A stretch of DNA of 64,000 nt from a virus (lineage: Duplodnaviria > Caudoviricetes): IMG/VR virus record IMGVR_UViG_3300021399_000108, positions 1-64,000 of that record, one strand, 5' to 3'. Position numbers and translations under genes: made by a program. Below are positions 1 through 11,041 of this stretch, one piece after another. The notes under the pieces were generated by a model. The model did no database searches. It worked only from the letters and a program-made list of their open reading frames with translations, and was not told the DNA's origin. The number at the start of each line of letters is the position of its first letter. Position 1 is the first letter of the stretch.

Positions 1-144
1 ATAGATAATTTTTGGTATAATGAAACAGTAGAAGAATATATGAAAATTTTTCAAGTTTCTGAAGATGTAGCAAAACAAATTGTATCTACAAAGTATGAAA
101 TTGAAATCTATGATGATTATAGAGAATGAAAGGAGAACATTAAA

Positions 145-420
145 ATGAAACTATCTTACACACGCACTTGGGAAGCAGAAATCAGCGAAAAAGATATTCT
201 GAATGAATGTAAACCTTATTTTAATGTTAATTTTTCATTAGGCACTCGTGAACAAAAAAATCATATTATAGATATTATCACTGATTATATTATTAATAAA
301 TATACTTCTTATGAGTTTTCAAAACTGCCCAGGGCTTTTCTTCAACCTTTAAAAACACAAGTTAAACAATATTTAGAATCTTTTCCTATAAAGGTAGCAT
401 TAATGAAGGAAGAAATGTAA
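145..420 (+). CDS. hypothetical early protein (cassette)
   Basis: ORF with AAGGAG RBS, TAA stop, followed by hairpin and palindrome. Confidence 0.7.
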   Translation: MKLSYTRTWEAEISEKDILNECKPYFNVNFSLGTREQKNHIIDIITDYIINKYTSYEFSKLPRAFLQPLKTQVKQYLESFPIKVALMKEEM

Positions 421-489
421 GCGCATAAGCGCTTATAATAATTAGATGTTTAACATCTAAAAATCATTTAAAAAAATTAAAAAAAGTTA

Positions 490-518
490 TTGACAATTTT
501 CAAATCATGTGCTATACT
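490..518 (+). promoter_or_regulatory. sigmaA/sigma70-type early promoter (representative of dozens in the window)
   Basis: TTGACA-17nt-(TG)TATACT upstream of ORF 570. Confidence 0.85.
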
Positions 519-569
519 ATATTCAGAAAGTGAAGGAAAACACTAACAAAACCAGAAAGGGAAACTTGT

Positions 570-965
570 ATGACTTATACTAAGAATGTTGTTGATGCTA
601 ACCTCCGCAATGCTATCTTTGATGATCTGTTCACTAAGTTTAGTGGAGACAACGCCGAACTGAATTTTAACTATCAGAAAATTAATGACCGTCAGTATGG
701 TGTAATTATGAATGACCTTAATGGTCATAAACGTTATGTCCGTGTAGGCGTCATTGTGGCCGAAGAACGTGAGGACATGAGTGCAGAAGAACTCATGGCG
801 AGTGAGGTCACTAAGTACAATGAAGCGCAGGAAAAGAAAGCAGAAAAGAAGCGCAAGAGCGAGGAAAAGGCCGCAAAAGATAAGGCCGCCCGTGCAAAGA
901 AAGCAAAGGAAGAAGCCGAAAAGGACGACCCGAATCAGTATCTTGATAGAGAAATTGCGGTGTAA
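570..965 (+). CDS. hypothetical protein with Lys/Ala/Glu-rich C-terminus
   Basis: ORF with own promoter, RBS and terminator hairpin at 950-976. Confidence 0.85.
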   Translation: MTYTKNVVDANLRNAIFDDLFTKFSGDNAELNFNYQKINDRQYGVIMNDLNGHKRYVRVGVIVAEEREDMSAEELMASEVTKYNEAQEKKAEKKRKSEEKAAKDKAARAKKAKEEAEKDDPNQYLDREIAV

Positions 966-1092
966 CCGCAATTTCCTTTTAACATATTTAGATGTTTAAC
1001 ATCTAAATTATCATCTTGACTTTCCTAAAACTTATGTTATAATATCTATGTAAGAAGTCAAGGGCAGACTATAAAACCAAAGGAGTTAATTT

Positions 1093-1446
1093 ATGAAGGT
1101 TGAAGTGGTTTATGTCGCTTATGATGACACAAGATTTAATTCTCCCGAAGAATGTAAAGAGTATGAAAATCGCGCAAGATCTTTAATGAATGAATTTAAT
1201 AGCCATGTACTTTTGATGGATATGCATAAGAGTCTTATTCTTTGTCCCGGTGGTCTCGACTTAGAAGGTATGCTTACATGGCTTCATATTGCTTTTCCTA
1301 ATTGTGAATATATAAATATTAATACTGTATTATCAAATAATGTAATTACTTTTATTAATCATTATTTTGGTTTTAGTTTCCCTGAAAATAAAGTTGGTTT
1401 ATATAAATATGATTATTATGAAGATAAATGGGTTAGCGCAGACTAA
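1093..1446 (+). CDS. hypothetical early protein
   Basis: ORF with promoter (TTGACT 1016) and AAGGAG RBS. Confidence 0.8.
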   Translation: MKVEVVYVAYDDTRFNSPEECKEYENRARSLMNEFNSHVLLMDMHKSLILCPGGLDLEGMLTWLHIAFPNCEYININTVLSNNVITFINHYFGFSFPENKVGLYKYDYYEDKWVSAD

Positions 1447-1565
1447 CCCATTAAATATATTTAGATGTTAAACATCTAATTTTTCTTGTTGACATTTTCA
1501 AAATACATGGTATAATATAGTCAAGAAGTCAAGGAAAAGACTTTAAAACCAGAAAGGGTATCGGA

Positions 1566-1775
1566 ATGACTACTCATGTTACTGTTGAATTAAATAATGA
1601 AGAAATTGATCAGATCAGCGTCACTTATGATTTATTGACTGAAATGTATAATGAACTTATTGCAAGTGAAAAGACAAACAAGGAAGCAATTAAACTTATA
1701 AATGATACACAAGAAAATTTAGATCAAATTATTTATAAATTTTGCAATGAAAATTATAGAGAAGCACATTATTAA
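1566..1775 (+). CDS. hypothetical early protein
   Basis: ORF with promoter (TTGACA 1489) and RBS. Confidence 0.75.
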   Translation: MTTHVTVELNNEEIDQISVTYDLLTEMYNELIASEKTNKEAIKLINDTQENLDQIIYKFCNENYREAHY

Positions 1776-1881
1776 GCGCTCACGCGCTTAAAATTATTTT
1801 AGATGTTGAACATCTAAAACAATTTCTTGACTTTTTCTATATTTCATGATATACTCATATCGTATCAAGGAGGTAAAAAAC

Positions 1882-3238
1882 ATGAAGGAAAACAATTATC
1901 GAATTAAAAATGACATTGACTTTGAAGCGGCATTAATTGCAGTTGGTTTTATTTACTATCCTTATGCTTGCCCCGCCGCGCGTAAACGATATGATGAAAT
2001 GTCAGAAGATGAAAAAATTTTTTACAAAAAGCACTTGACAGGTAATTTACTAACTGATATAATGGAATAGAAAGGAGAAAAAAGCAATGACTAAGAAAAA
2101 GAAAACTAAACCCCGTAACTCTTATGAAATAAATAGAAGTATAAGAAGAGATTGGGGCAACATTTCTCCCGTAACTAAAATTATTCCTGATAAAAGAAAG
2201 AAGAAGGAAAAGCACAAGAAAGGATGGGAAGAAGAATGACAGAACAAGAAGCAAAAATTTTGAATGACTATCTTGCTGAATGTATTAAAAACAGTCATCA
2301 TTGTGCACATTGTATTTATAATTATAATAACATTTGTTTCTTCGCAGGTGAATGTATTAAAAATGATTATAAGTTTTATACAGAGGAAGATGAAGAATGA
2401 AACATATTATAATATGGATTTTAAAAAAATTTCATAAATGGCCTCTTACTATTGTACATAATGATAAAGTAAAACCACAAGGCAAGTATAGAATAGGAGA
2501 ACAAAAATGACAAACGAATTAAACAATCAAATTGAAGGCATGATTGAGCACTATCTGGATGACTTTCTTAATGCTTATCAATGCCAAGATTGGGGTATCG
2601 ATGCAGAAACATTTGCAACTTATCTTTCAAATGAATTTAACAAAAGAATAATTGATTTTGCGCGCGATGTAGATGCCAGTTTTGGGGAGGATGAATAATC
2701 CTCTACTATTAGATGTTTAACATCTAATTTTTATTAATAATTTTTTTAAAGAAATGTTGACAAGCACGCGAATAGGTGTTATAATGATAATGTTCCAAGA
2801 GAGAACAGAAAGGAAGTAAAAGTTATGGATGAAAACGTTAAGTGCCCTAATTGCGAATCTATTAACTTTGTTACTGATGATTATGACGAAGATTTTATTG
2901 ACGATGGCGTTGTTAGTTATTATTGGCGTTGCAAGTGCAATACATGTCACAAGATTTTTCATGTTACAGAACGATATGTTCGTGAAAGCACAAATGTTAT
3001 GACTGATAAAGAATGGGAGGAAGAATAAATGAAAGTATATACTGTAATATATGAAGAATATTATCATACAAAAGAGGTACTTGGCGTATATTCTACCTTA
3101 GCACGTGCTTATCATGAAGTACAGGCTTGTTTTGGCCCAGAGGAAAAAATTGAAGATGAAGAAATGATAGATGATTGTATTGTAATATCTACAAATACAG
3201 ATACTTATTGGATACATATTAACACAGTGGATGAATGA
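1882..3238 (+). CDS. run of small hypothetical early genes (1882-2094, 2087-2239, 2507-2698, 2825-3028 Zn-ribbon, 3029-3238)
   Basis: Short ORFs with RBSs; CxxC pairs in 2825-3028. Confidence 0.65.
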
Positions 3239-3294
3239 GCGCGCATGCGCTCATTCTTTTTTAGATGTTAAACATCTAAAATAAAAATGGTAGA

Positions 3295-3885
3295 TTACTC
3301 TACCATTTCCAACATAATTTTAATAAATTCATTTCTATTAGAAAAAATATTGCACAATTCATAATACATTTCTTCATTTACATAATACCACTCTTTTGTA
3401 TTTTGTGCTCGTGCAATTGCCCTTTTTTCTAAATACTTATGACAAATCTTTTCATGTTTTTCTGTTGCAGGATTAACATAACCGCCAATATACAGCATAG
3501 GATTATATGAAGCATATTGTGCAACTCTATCATGAATATCAGAAGAATAACCAACTTTTACTAAATGATACTTCTGCCCATTAGGATTAATTCCAATCAT
3601 TCCAATAAAGTATAATCCATTTTTATGCGGTAAGTTAGAAGTATCTGCAACAGGCATTGACATAACAGGTAATGTATCTGTTTCTTTTTTATAAATTCCG
3701 TGCTCATCATAAGTATAATCACGTGCCAATACTTTACAAGCATATTGACTAAGATTCATTTTAAAAAAACTAAGTGTTAATTTCAAAGTTGTTTCCTTAT
3801 TATCATCAACATTCCAAGTCTTATACTCTTCTTCCCAGTTAAATTCTTCGATGCGCTTCTGAATTTCTTCTTCGTATTTATACAT
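3295..3885 (-). CDS. GIY-YIG-like / T5orf172-domain protein
   Basis: GLYFI...KVGYSSDIHDRVAQY...HEKICHKYL...KEWY pattern. Confidence 0.65.
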   Translation of the reverse strand: MYKYEEEIQKRIEEFNWEEEYKTWNVDDNKETTLKLTLSFFKMNLSQYACKVLARDYTYDEHGIYKKETDTLPVMSMPVADTSNLPHKNGLYFIGMIGINPNGQKYHLVKVGYSSDIHDRVAQYASYNPMLYIGGYVNPATEKHEKICHKYLEKRAIARAQNTKEWYYVNEEMYYELCNIFSNRNEFIKIMLEMVE

Positions 3886-4003
3886 ACTTAAATCCTTTCC
3901 GGTTTTATAGTCTTGTCCTTGACTTCTTACATAAGGATTATATCATGAGATTCTAAAAATGTCAATTTATTTATTTAGATGTTAAACATCTAATTTCTAT
4001 TTC

Positions 4004-4742
4004 TCACAGCGTGAGAAAATAGATATTCATCACAATTAAAGACAACCGCATAATTATATTATTAATATGACATCCTTTTTTCAAATCATAAAATAGCCCA
4101 ATTACATTAACAGGCAACCCCACATATGCGCCTTTATTCCAAGCAATAATAGCCAAAGTATTTAAGCAACCAAATAATGCTACCAAATCCATGTGTTCAT
4201 ATTTATACTTTTTTCCATTTTCAAACTTAATCATCAAATCCACCAACCTTTCAAAAGTATTTTATATCATATTATTAAAAAAGTCAACACCAACTTTTAG
4301 ATGTTAAACATCTAAAATAAATTCCCGCTTAGTACGGGAGATCTTCCATCATCAAGCGCATAAAATCATAATCGCAAGGCCAAATATTATAAATTACATA
4401 TTCTTTTCCGTTCTTAATAAATCCACCTTTGAAACCGCCACCGCATAAACGAAATAGTATACCACACGCGCGGCAATACGCATCAAATAAAGGATAATAT
4501 TTCTGGTCTACCGTCATTTTTGTCATAACCAAATTTTTCATCTTTTAACCTTCCTTTCTCATCACAGTGCTTTTTTTATAGCAAATATAATTAATTCCTT
4601 CATGCTGTTTGACTTTTTCCAAAAACTCTTTTGCTTCTGATTCATTATCAAAATATTTGTTTCCAGTGCAATCTTGTCCCCAAATATTTGTACCGTCCCA
4701 TTCTACGCACCAAATAGTTGTTTCTTTCCACATACTACACAC
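4004..4742 (-). CDS. three small hypothetical cassette genes (4004-4246, 4329-4541, 4545-4742)
   Basis: Minus-strand ORFs with minus-strand sigmaA promoters. Confidence 0.6.
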
Positions 4743-5059
4743 CTCACTTTCATAGATAATATAACATAAAAATATAATAAAGTCAATAAAAAAATTTAGA
4801 TGTTAAACATCTAAATAAAGAATGTCAGAGGTAGAGCTATTCTACCCCTATATTAATTTTAATATCATCAACATTATCTTTCATGATGAGAAGTTGCACA
4901 ACTCCACTATCTTCAATTTCGATCACGTATCCTTGTTTAATCAACTTTTTTATTATTGCGTTTAAAATCTTTTCCATAACTTCTTACCTCACTTTCATAA
5001 TCATTATATCATATTTAAATAAAATGTCAACTTAAAAAATTAGATGTTAAACATCTAAA

Positions 5060-6060
5060 TTTCCACTTAGTCATATCTAACTACTTTACTATGATAAAGT
5101 GTTATCACTTTAATGTGTTAAAGTTAGACACAACTAACTACTTGACGCAAGATGTAAATTATGGTATAATAAAAATACATCAGGAAGGAGAGATAAGCTG
5201 GAAAGCTGGAAAAAGCTGCATCTAAATACAAATAAGCTGGAAAGCTGGAAGTTACAAAATAAAAGCTAAAATATTTTAAGTGACAAATATTAAATTCTAT
5301 TTTTTAAAATTATCTACAAGCTGCAATATAATACTATATAATTATAAATATTAAACTAAATAAATTATATAATAGTAATTATTATTAATAATATATTTTT
5401 ATTATGCTGGAAAAAATTTTACTAGTTAATATATGATGAATACTGAATAATAAAAGTACATCAAGGAGGAAGAGGTATAAATTATACGTATACGCCCGCA
5501 CGGCGCGAGGGAGCTGGAAAGCTGCATCAGAAGCTGGGCGAGCTGGGAGCTGCGTCAAATACTTGACAAGCTGGAAGCTGGGTTTGCCTAATATGCAGCT
5601 GCTAAACATTTGACAAATTTTTTTAATTTATATTATAATATAATGGGATATTATATAAAAAATTTTATTTTAAAATAAAATCTAATTTTATTATAACATA
5701 ATTTATATTATTTGTCAAGCTGGAAATAATTTTTATTTTATTTTAAATAATTATTTGATTTATTTTAAAATTTATGATATAATTAAATTAAAAATAAAAT
5801 TTATTTATTTTTTTTAAAAACTAATTTTATTATAACATATTTTAAATTATTTGTCAAGTAATAAGCTGCCCGCGCATACGAGCTCTAAGTATAATAATTG
5901 CGGGAGAAATACTTGACATAGAGCTGGGATTGTGGTATAATAAAATTAGTTTTAAATTTATAAAAACTATATTTTCAGTTCATACAATTCTTTGAAATAT
6001 CTTTCATATATATTATGTATATAAAATTACAAATAAAAAATAAGCGCAGTCAAGCTGCGC
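5060..6060. repeat. AT-rich non-coding block with about 18 co-oriented AGCTG motifs (often AAGCTGGAA) and several gene-less promoter-like sites; candidate origin or regulatory region
   Basis: Visible repeats, no credible ORF, 19-bp direct repeat at 5682 and 5821. Confidence 0.55.
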
Positions 6061-6064
6061 TTAT
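6038..6064 (-). terminator. intrinsic terminator of the helicase gene
   Basis: AATAAGCGCAG-TCAAG-CTGCGCTTATT hairpin with a T-run on the minus strand. Confidence 0.7.
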
Positions 6065-7416
6065 TCATTTTCTTTTGCTGCTACGAGCTATAAGAATTCA
6101 TTATCTTTTATTTCTACATCATGCCATTCACCAGTAATATAATAGCATTGCATTATCTTTCCATTTATCTTTTTTCTTTTTTGCTCAACATTATAGCCCA
6201 TTACTGGCAAATAATCTTTTAATTTGTTCCACGTCATTATACGCGCGCAATTTTTATTTTTATTATCAAGCTACGGCACATTCATATATTCAGCTAACTC
6301 GCGGCAAACCTATACAGGCAGCCATGTATTTAAATACTAAGCTGGAATCTCAGGCGCTAAAACTTTCAAGTGTCGTTGATATTCAAATGTTTGGCGCGCT
6401 GCTTGTATTCTATCGACTTGATTAACAGAATCAATAATTACATGGTCAAAGCGTTTATCAACAATTGTGATGCCTCGCGCAAGAGCTCGATTAACAATCA
6501 CAAAATCATACTATGGCGGAATTAAGCCAGTAGCAACAATCATATTATATACTCGTTTTTGCTAGTCATCCATCGGCTTATCAGTATTTTGTAAAGAATG
6601 TAATTCAATAGCGTTAAAGCCTCGCGCACGAGCTGCACGAACAAGCTATTGATTAGGCTCGATTAAAGGAGAAAAGCACCAGTATCCATGTCCTGCCACT
6701 GGGACTAATTGATTTATATGTTCTATAATATTACAAAAATATATATCCTTAGCTACGCGATAGCCCATCTATAATTTGCCTTGATAACTCGCGCTTACTA
6801 ATGATTTATAATAGGTATACGCGCGTTCAGGTGTAGCAGACAAGCCAATACACATGATCTCGCCTAACTAAATAATGTGCTACCATTCGCCTAACAATAT
6901 AAGCGGCATATATTCTTTTTTAGTAGACATCTGTTGAATAACTGAAAGGACTTCTGCATTAGATACATCTCGTCTAGCGAAGTCAGTTTTACGTGCTTTT
7001 ACAAATGCTTGTGTAGCAAAATCAAAAATACTATCACACTAGTCCCAACAGATAACATCAATCTCTTTTAAAAAATCTGTCTCTTGCTTAATAAACTTCA
7101 TGCCTAGCCTCTGATAACACATTACGCCAATTTTATTATTACTCTATCCGTCCCAAGTATTAGGCTAATGCTGCCACATATCATCCGCTTCCATGCAGCT
7201 GTCACTATAATTTGCAAGTAACTAATCCTTTAGAGCGGTAGTATCTACTAGAAATAAAATACGACCAAGTTTACCATCTCTAGTAAATTGCTGTAAATTG
7301 TTCATCGCCCAATAAGTTTTTCCAGTGCGTATGCCGCAATCAATAATATTATAGTCACCGCGACGAAAAATTAATTTTTGTTGCTATTGTAAATCTGTAA
7401 CGGTAAGTTTATTCAT
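6061..7416 (-). CDS. SF2 (DExD) helicase, possible origin-binding protein; 451 aa with about 15 in-frame TAG read as Glu
   Basis: Manual translation: Walker A GIRTGKT, Walker B ICWD(TAG)CD, motif III GLSATPE; GAGGAG RBS; TAA stop; missing from the ORF track because of TAGs. Confidence 0.88.
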
Positions 7417-7569
7417 AGACTCACTCCTCTTTGTCACTTATATTATAGCATAATTTATAATATATGTCAAATATTTGGTAAATATTTTTTTCTAATGAAA
7501 AGTAGAAAATCTATCCTCTATTACATACATTTTACTCTTTTAATTAAAATAAAATTGTAGTAATAAAAA

Positions 7570-7962
7570 GGTATATTTTTTTGACTACACCCTATGCCCC
7601 TATTAGTAGGTAGTCAAAAAAATATACCAATTTTTTCCTTATATATATTTCTTATATATATAATATATTTACTTGTAGCTGCGAAGCTGCGAAGCAGCGT
7701 AGCTGCGGAAAGTAAATATATTATACGCGAAGCGAAGCGTAGCGGGCGAAGCCCGGTAGCGTAGCGAACGCGCAATCTACATTTATACTAATAGATAATT
7801 AAAATGTAGAAGAAAAAATGTAGAAGATTTTGGACCATACCCACGCTTCTTTTATTTCCACATGAAAAACTTCTACATTTTTTTATTACATATATATTTA
7901 AATAAGCTGCAATTTCAATTTCAATTTCATTTTAAAATTTCAATTTGCAATTTCATTTTCAA
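7570..7962. other. inverted repeats, GCGAAGC mini-hairpin cluster and AATTTC tandem repeats at the strand-switch point; candidate replication origin
   Basis: 19-bp IR 7570-7628; IR-bounded GCGAAGC/GCGTAGC units 7660-7773; AATTTC repeats 7911-7962. Confidence 0.5.
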
Positions 7963-8303
7963 ATGTCCCGAAAATTTCCCCGATTATACATAAAATTCCA
8001 TTTCCCAAAACAAAATTGTAATAGTCAAATACTTGACAAGAGTTAAAAATTATGCGCACACACTCATTTTTACCCCTATTTTCTAGTGATCGTCCCTCCT
8101 ACACGACGTCGTTTACAAATTTTTTTCGCGCTATTGTTTTTTCGTAATTATTTTTTGCCTACCTTTTTCTTATTTCTTTTATTTTTGTTTACATAGAGGT
8201 ATCCGTACTTACATCCCCATAGTTTATTTTTCACCCACTTCTTGACTTTTTTTAAATTTTATATTATAATATATATGTAAGGTAAGGAAAGGAGCATGAT
8301 AGT

Positions 8304-9008
8304 ATGAATAAGAAAATGGTATTTGAACATTATTGTGATTTACTTGATGATCTGCGCGAACAGTCGTTAGCATTTCAAAATTTTCTTATTCATAATGATA
8401 CCGATGAAGATTGGGTATTTGATAATGCGGAAGTAGCCTGCGGCGCTACTCGTGCGGCCTTAATTGATACCCAAAATGACTACCCGTATATTGTTAAGTG
8501 GGATATTGATTATGATGAATGGGGCGACAGTAGTTCTGCGCGCGAAGTTGAGATTTATAAGGAAGCCAAGCATTACGGACTAGCGTCATATTTTACCGAA
8601 GCTGTTTATTTAGGTGAGTATAGGCGTATTGTGCGGGCGCATGATATTGAGGGTTATTATACTAATTTGAGTAATGAAGAATTTCTAGACGCGGCTGAAT
8701 CCGAAGAACGAGAATTTGAAATTTCAATTCGGTTATATGGATATGAGCGCGCACAATGCGATGTGAGATATGCGGAAAAAGGTAGCCCCGCACAACAAGA
8801 TTATATTAATAAGTGCAATAGCCCGCTTACGCAACGGAATAAGCAGGTTGGGCTGTGGTTCTTCATGCAATATGGAGAAGATGTATTTAATAGATTAACT
8901 GATTTTTGTACTGCATTTAGTATTAATGATTTGCATATGGGAAATGTTGGTTTGATTGGTGATAATGTAGTAATCACTGATTTTGGTAGTTATCATTGTG
9001 ATGATTGA
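8304..9008 (+). CDS. protein kinase-like (PKL fold) protein
   Basis: GATR loop, IVK, EVEIY, DLHMGN catalytic loop, TDFG. Confidence 0.75.
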   Translation: MNKKMVFEHYCDLLDDLREQSLAFQNFLIHNDTDEDWVFDNAEVACGATRAALIDTQNDYPYIVKWDIDYDEWGDSSSAREVEIYKEAKHYGLASYFTEAVYLGEYRRIVRAHDIEGYYTNLSNEEFLDAAESEEREFEISIRLYGYERAQCDVRYAEKGSPAQQDYINKCNSPLTQRNKQVGLWFFMQYGEDVFNRLTDFCTAFSINDLHMGNVGLIGDNVVITDFGSYHCDD

Positions 9009-9067
9009 CATTTCATTTATTTTTTGTTATAATATATTTGTAAGAAAAAATAAAGGATGGAGAAATT

Positions 9068-9481
9068 ATGAATGACCCCCACTTGTTTCGTATTGCGCGC
9101 GAAGTATCATTGGAAGCTAGCTATTGCGGTTCTGCACGTATAGGTTGCATTGCGGTTTATCGCGGCACAATACTTGCAAAAGGTTGCAATAGCGATAAGA
9201 CGCATACTGCTCAGGCAAAGTTTAATGTGCATAGATTTAAGAATAGCGGCAATAGGTATTTGCCTTCTAAGGGTCATGCGGAGATTTTAACATTATCTAA
9301 GATTAAATATTTGGATATTGATTTTTCGCGCGTACATCTTTATATTTATAGAGAATGGAAAGATGGTACTATTGCCATGAGCAGACCATGTGATGCTTGT
9401 TTTGCCGCAATTCAAGAATTAGGGATTAAACATATTCATTATACCACCGATAGAGGATATGCATATGAGAAACTACGATAA
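9068..9481 (+). CDS. cytidine/deoxycytidylate deaminase family protein
   Basis: HAE...SRPCDAC zinc motif. Confidence 0.85.
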   Translation: MNDPHLFRIAREVSLEASYCGSARIGCIAVYRGTILAKGCNSDKTHTAQAKFNVHRFKNSGNRYLPSKGHAEILTLSKIKYLDIDFSRVHLYIYREWKDGTIAMSRPCDACFAAIQELGIKHIHYTTDRGYAYEKLR

Positions 9482-9616
9482 TTTCATTTTCATTTTGTAA
9501 TTAACAATTAAAATACAGGTGCGCGGTGCCCTTCGTCGGGGCATACCCGCTCGGCAAGCCGATCGGGTTGCTTATCCCGACGAAGCCGCGCGGATTCTTT
9601 TAAGGAGGAAAAGTAA

Positions 9617-11041
9617 ATGGATGCAACTGAACTACATAATATGGCATTGCAAGCATGTGATGCGAAAATTGAAGTGGTTTTTGTAGAAGAACTTAATCAA
9701 ATTATAACCGCTGCGCAAGCAGGTAGGTTTAGTATTATTTTAAATAATAATAATTTTACAGACACTTTTATTAATTATCTTAGAAGAAAAAATTTTAGAA
9801 TAGCATATTATAGAGATGATCAGCATCAGTGGTGTGAGTGCTATGAAAATACCAATATTCCTTGGTTTTCTTGTTCAAAATTATGTATTAAGTGGTAATT
9901 ATTTGACTAATAATAAAAATTATGTTATAATATATATAAAGAAAGGAAAGGAGAAAAATATGACTTTTAAGGAATTTTGTGAGAATTTTAACCGCGTGAT
10001 CAATGAATGCCCTGATGAAGATAATCCTTTTATTGATGCCGCAAATAGTGATTATGCAGAAGATTGGCTTGATTGGTCACTAAATCATCCTACCCAAGCT
10101 GAGGATTTTGTCGCAACATGGGTTAAGGATCATCCTGTACCCGTTTATCCTACTTTTGGTGAGTATCTTTCTGATATGGTTGCGCACGATCCTAATCTAG
10201 ATAAGATTCCGTTACAGCGACTACTTGATATGCCAATGAGTAGGAAGGTTGCAGAATATTACAATGTTACCCCGCTTAATCTTTGCGGCATTACTAAGTA
10301 TGCGCACATGGATTGGTGATAGATATGGTAACGGTATTTATTGCGGCGTCACCGCAACAATTTGAACAGGCTAAACAAGCGGAAAAGTTTGCGCGCGAAG
10401 CAGGAGCGGAAGTTCTTAATCCTGTTGTCTCATTACCTTGTCATTTAGCACCATGTTGTTATTTACCTATTGAGTTAGCGATGTTGGAAGCTAGTGATGT
10501 AATGTGGTTACTACCAAATAGTATGGAAAATTCTACGGTAGCAAGTTGTATTCATTATGCTCGCGCGCAACATATTACTATTGTTCTAGATGAACAAGAA
10601 TTAGTAGAAGAATTGAATAAGTATGATTATAACGAGCAGATAATGATGGAAGGAGTTAAGTAAATGGAGAAGATTGTACCGTATTATAATGAAGATCATT
10701 CTGCATATGCTGTGCTTGTTTCGCATGGATTTGGAAGCGGATGGGCAACTGATCATAATGATCTGCGACTTGCCTATGATTCTCGTATCATCCGCTGGTA
10801 TCTTTCCTTGGATGAGGAAGAGATTAGAATGATTCGTATGCGCGGCACTGATGAAAATAAGGCGGCGCAAGAATTTATTCGTTCTCTGGGATATGATATT
10901 GAGTTTCTTTATTTTGGCGGCTTTAAGCCTGATATGATTGAATGGGTACCTGTGGATAAAATATGGCGTTTGCATGAATATGATGGCGCTGAATCTATTG
11001 AATACTTGAACGAAGACGATTGGGTATGTTTTAATGGTTGA
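9617..11041 (+). CDS. hypothetical genes (9617-9898, 9960-10319, 10313-10663 DUF4406-like, 10664-11041)
   Basis: Co-oriented ORFs with RBSs; VLNP...LAMLEASDVMWLLP resembles DUF4406. Confidence 0.6.

Larger units (their letters stand above)
442..5058. repeat. ten dispersed copies of the palindrome TTAGATGTT-N-AACATCTAA
   Basis: Copies at about 442, 988, 1461, 1799, 2709, 3261, 3975, 4297, 4796 and 5040; all intergenic; none seen elsewhere in the window. Confidence 0.95.

Noticed and set aside
442-5058. CRISPR array
   Set aside because: Inter-repeat segments are about 250-900 bp and hold promoters and genes; no cas genes.
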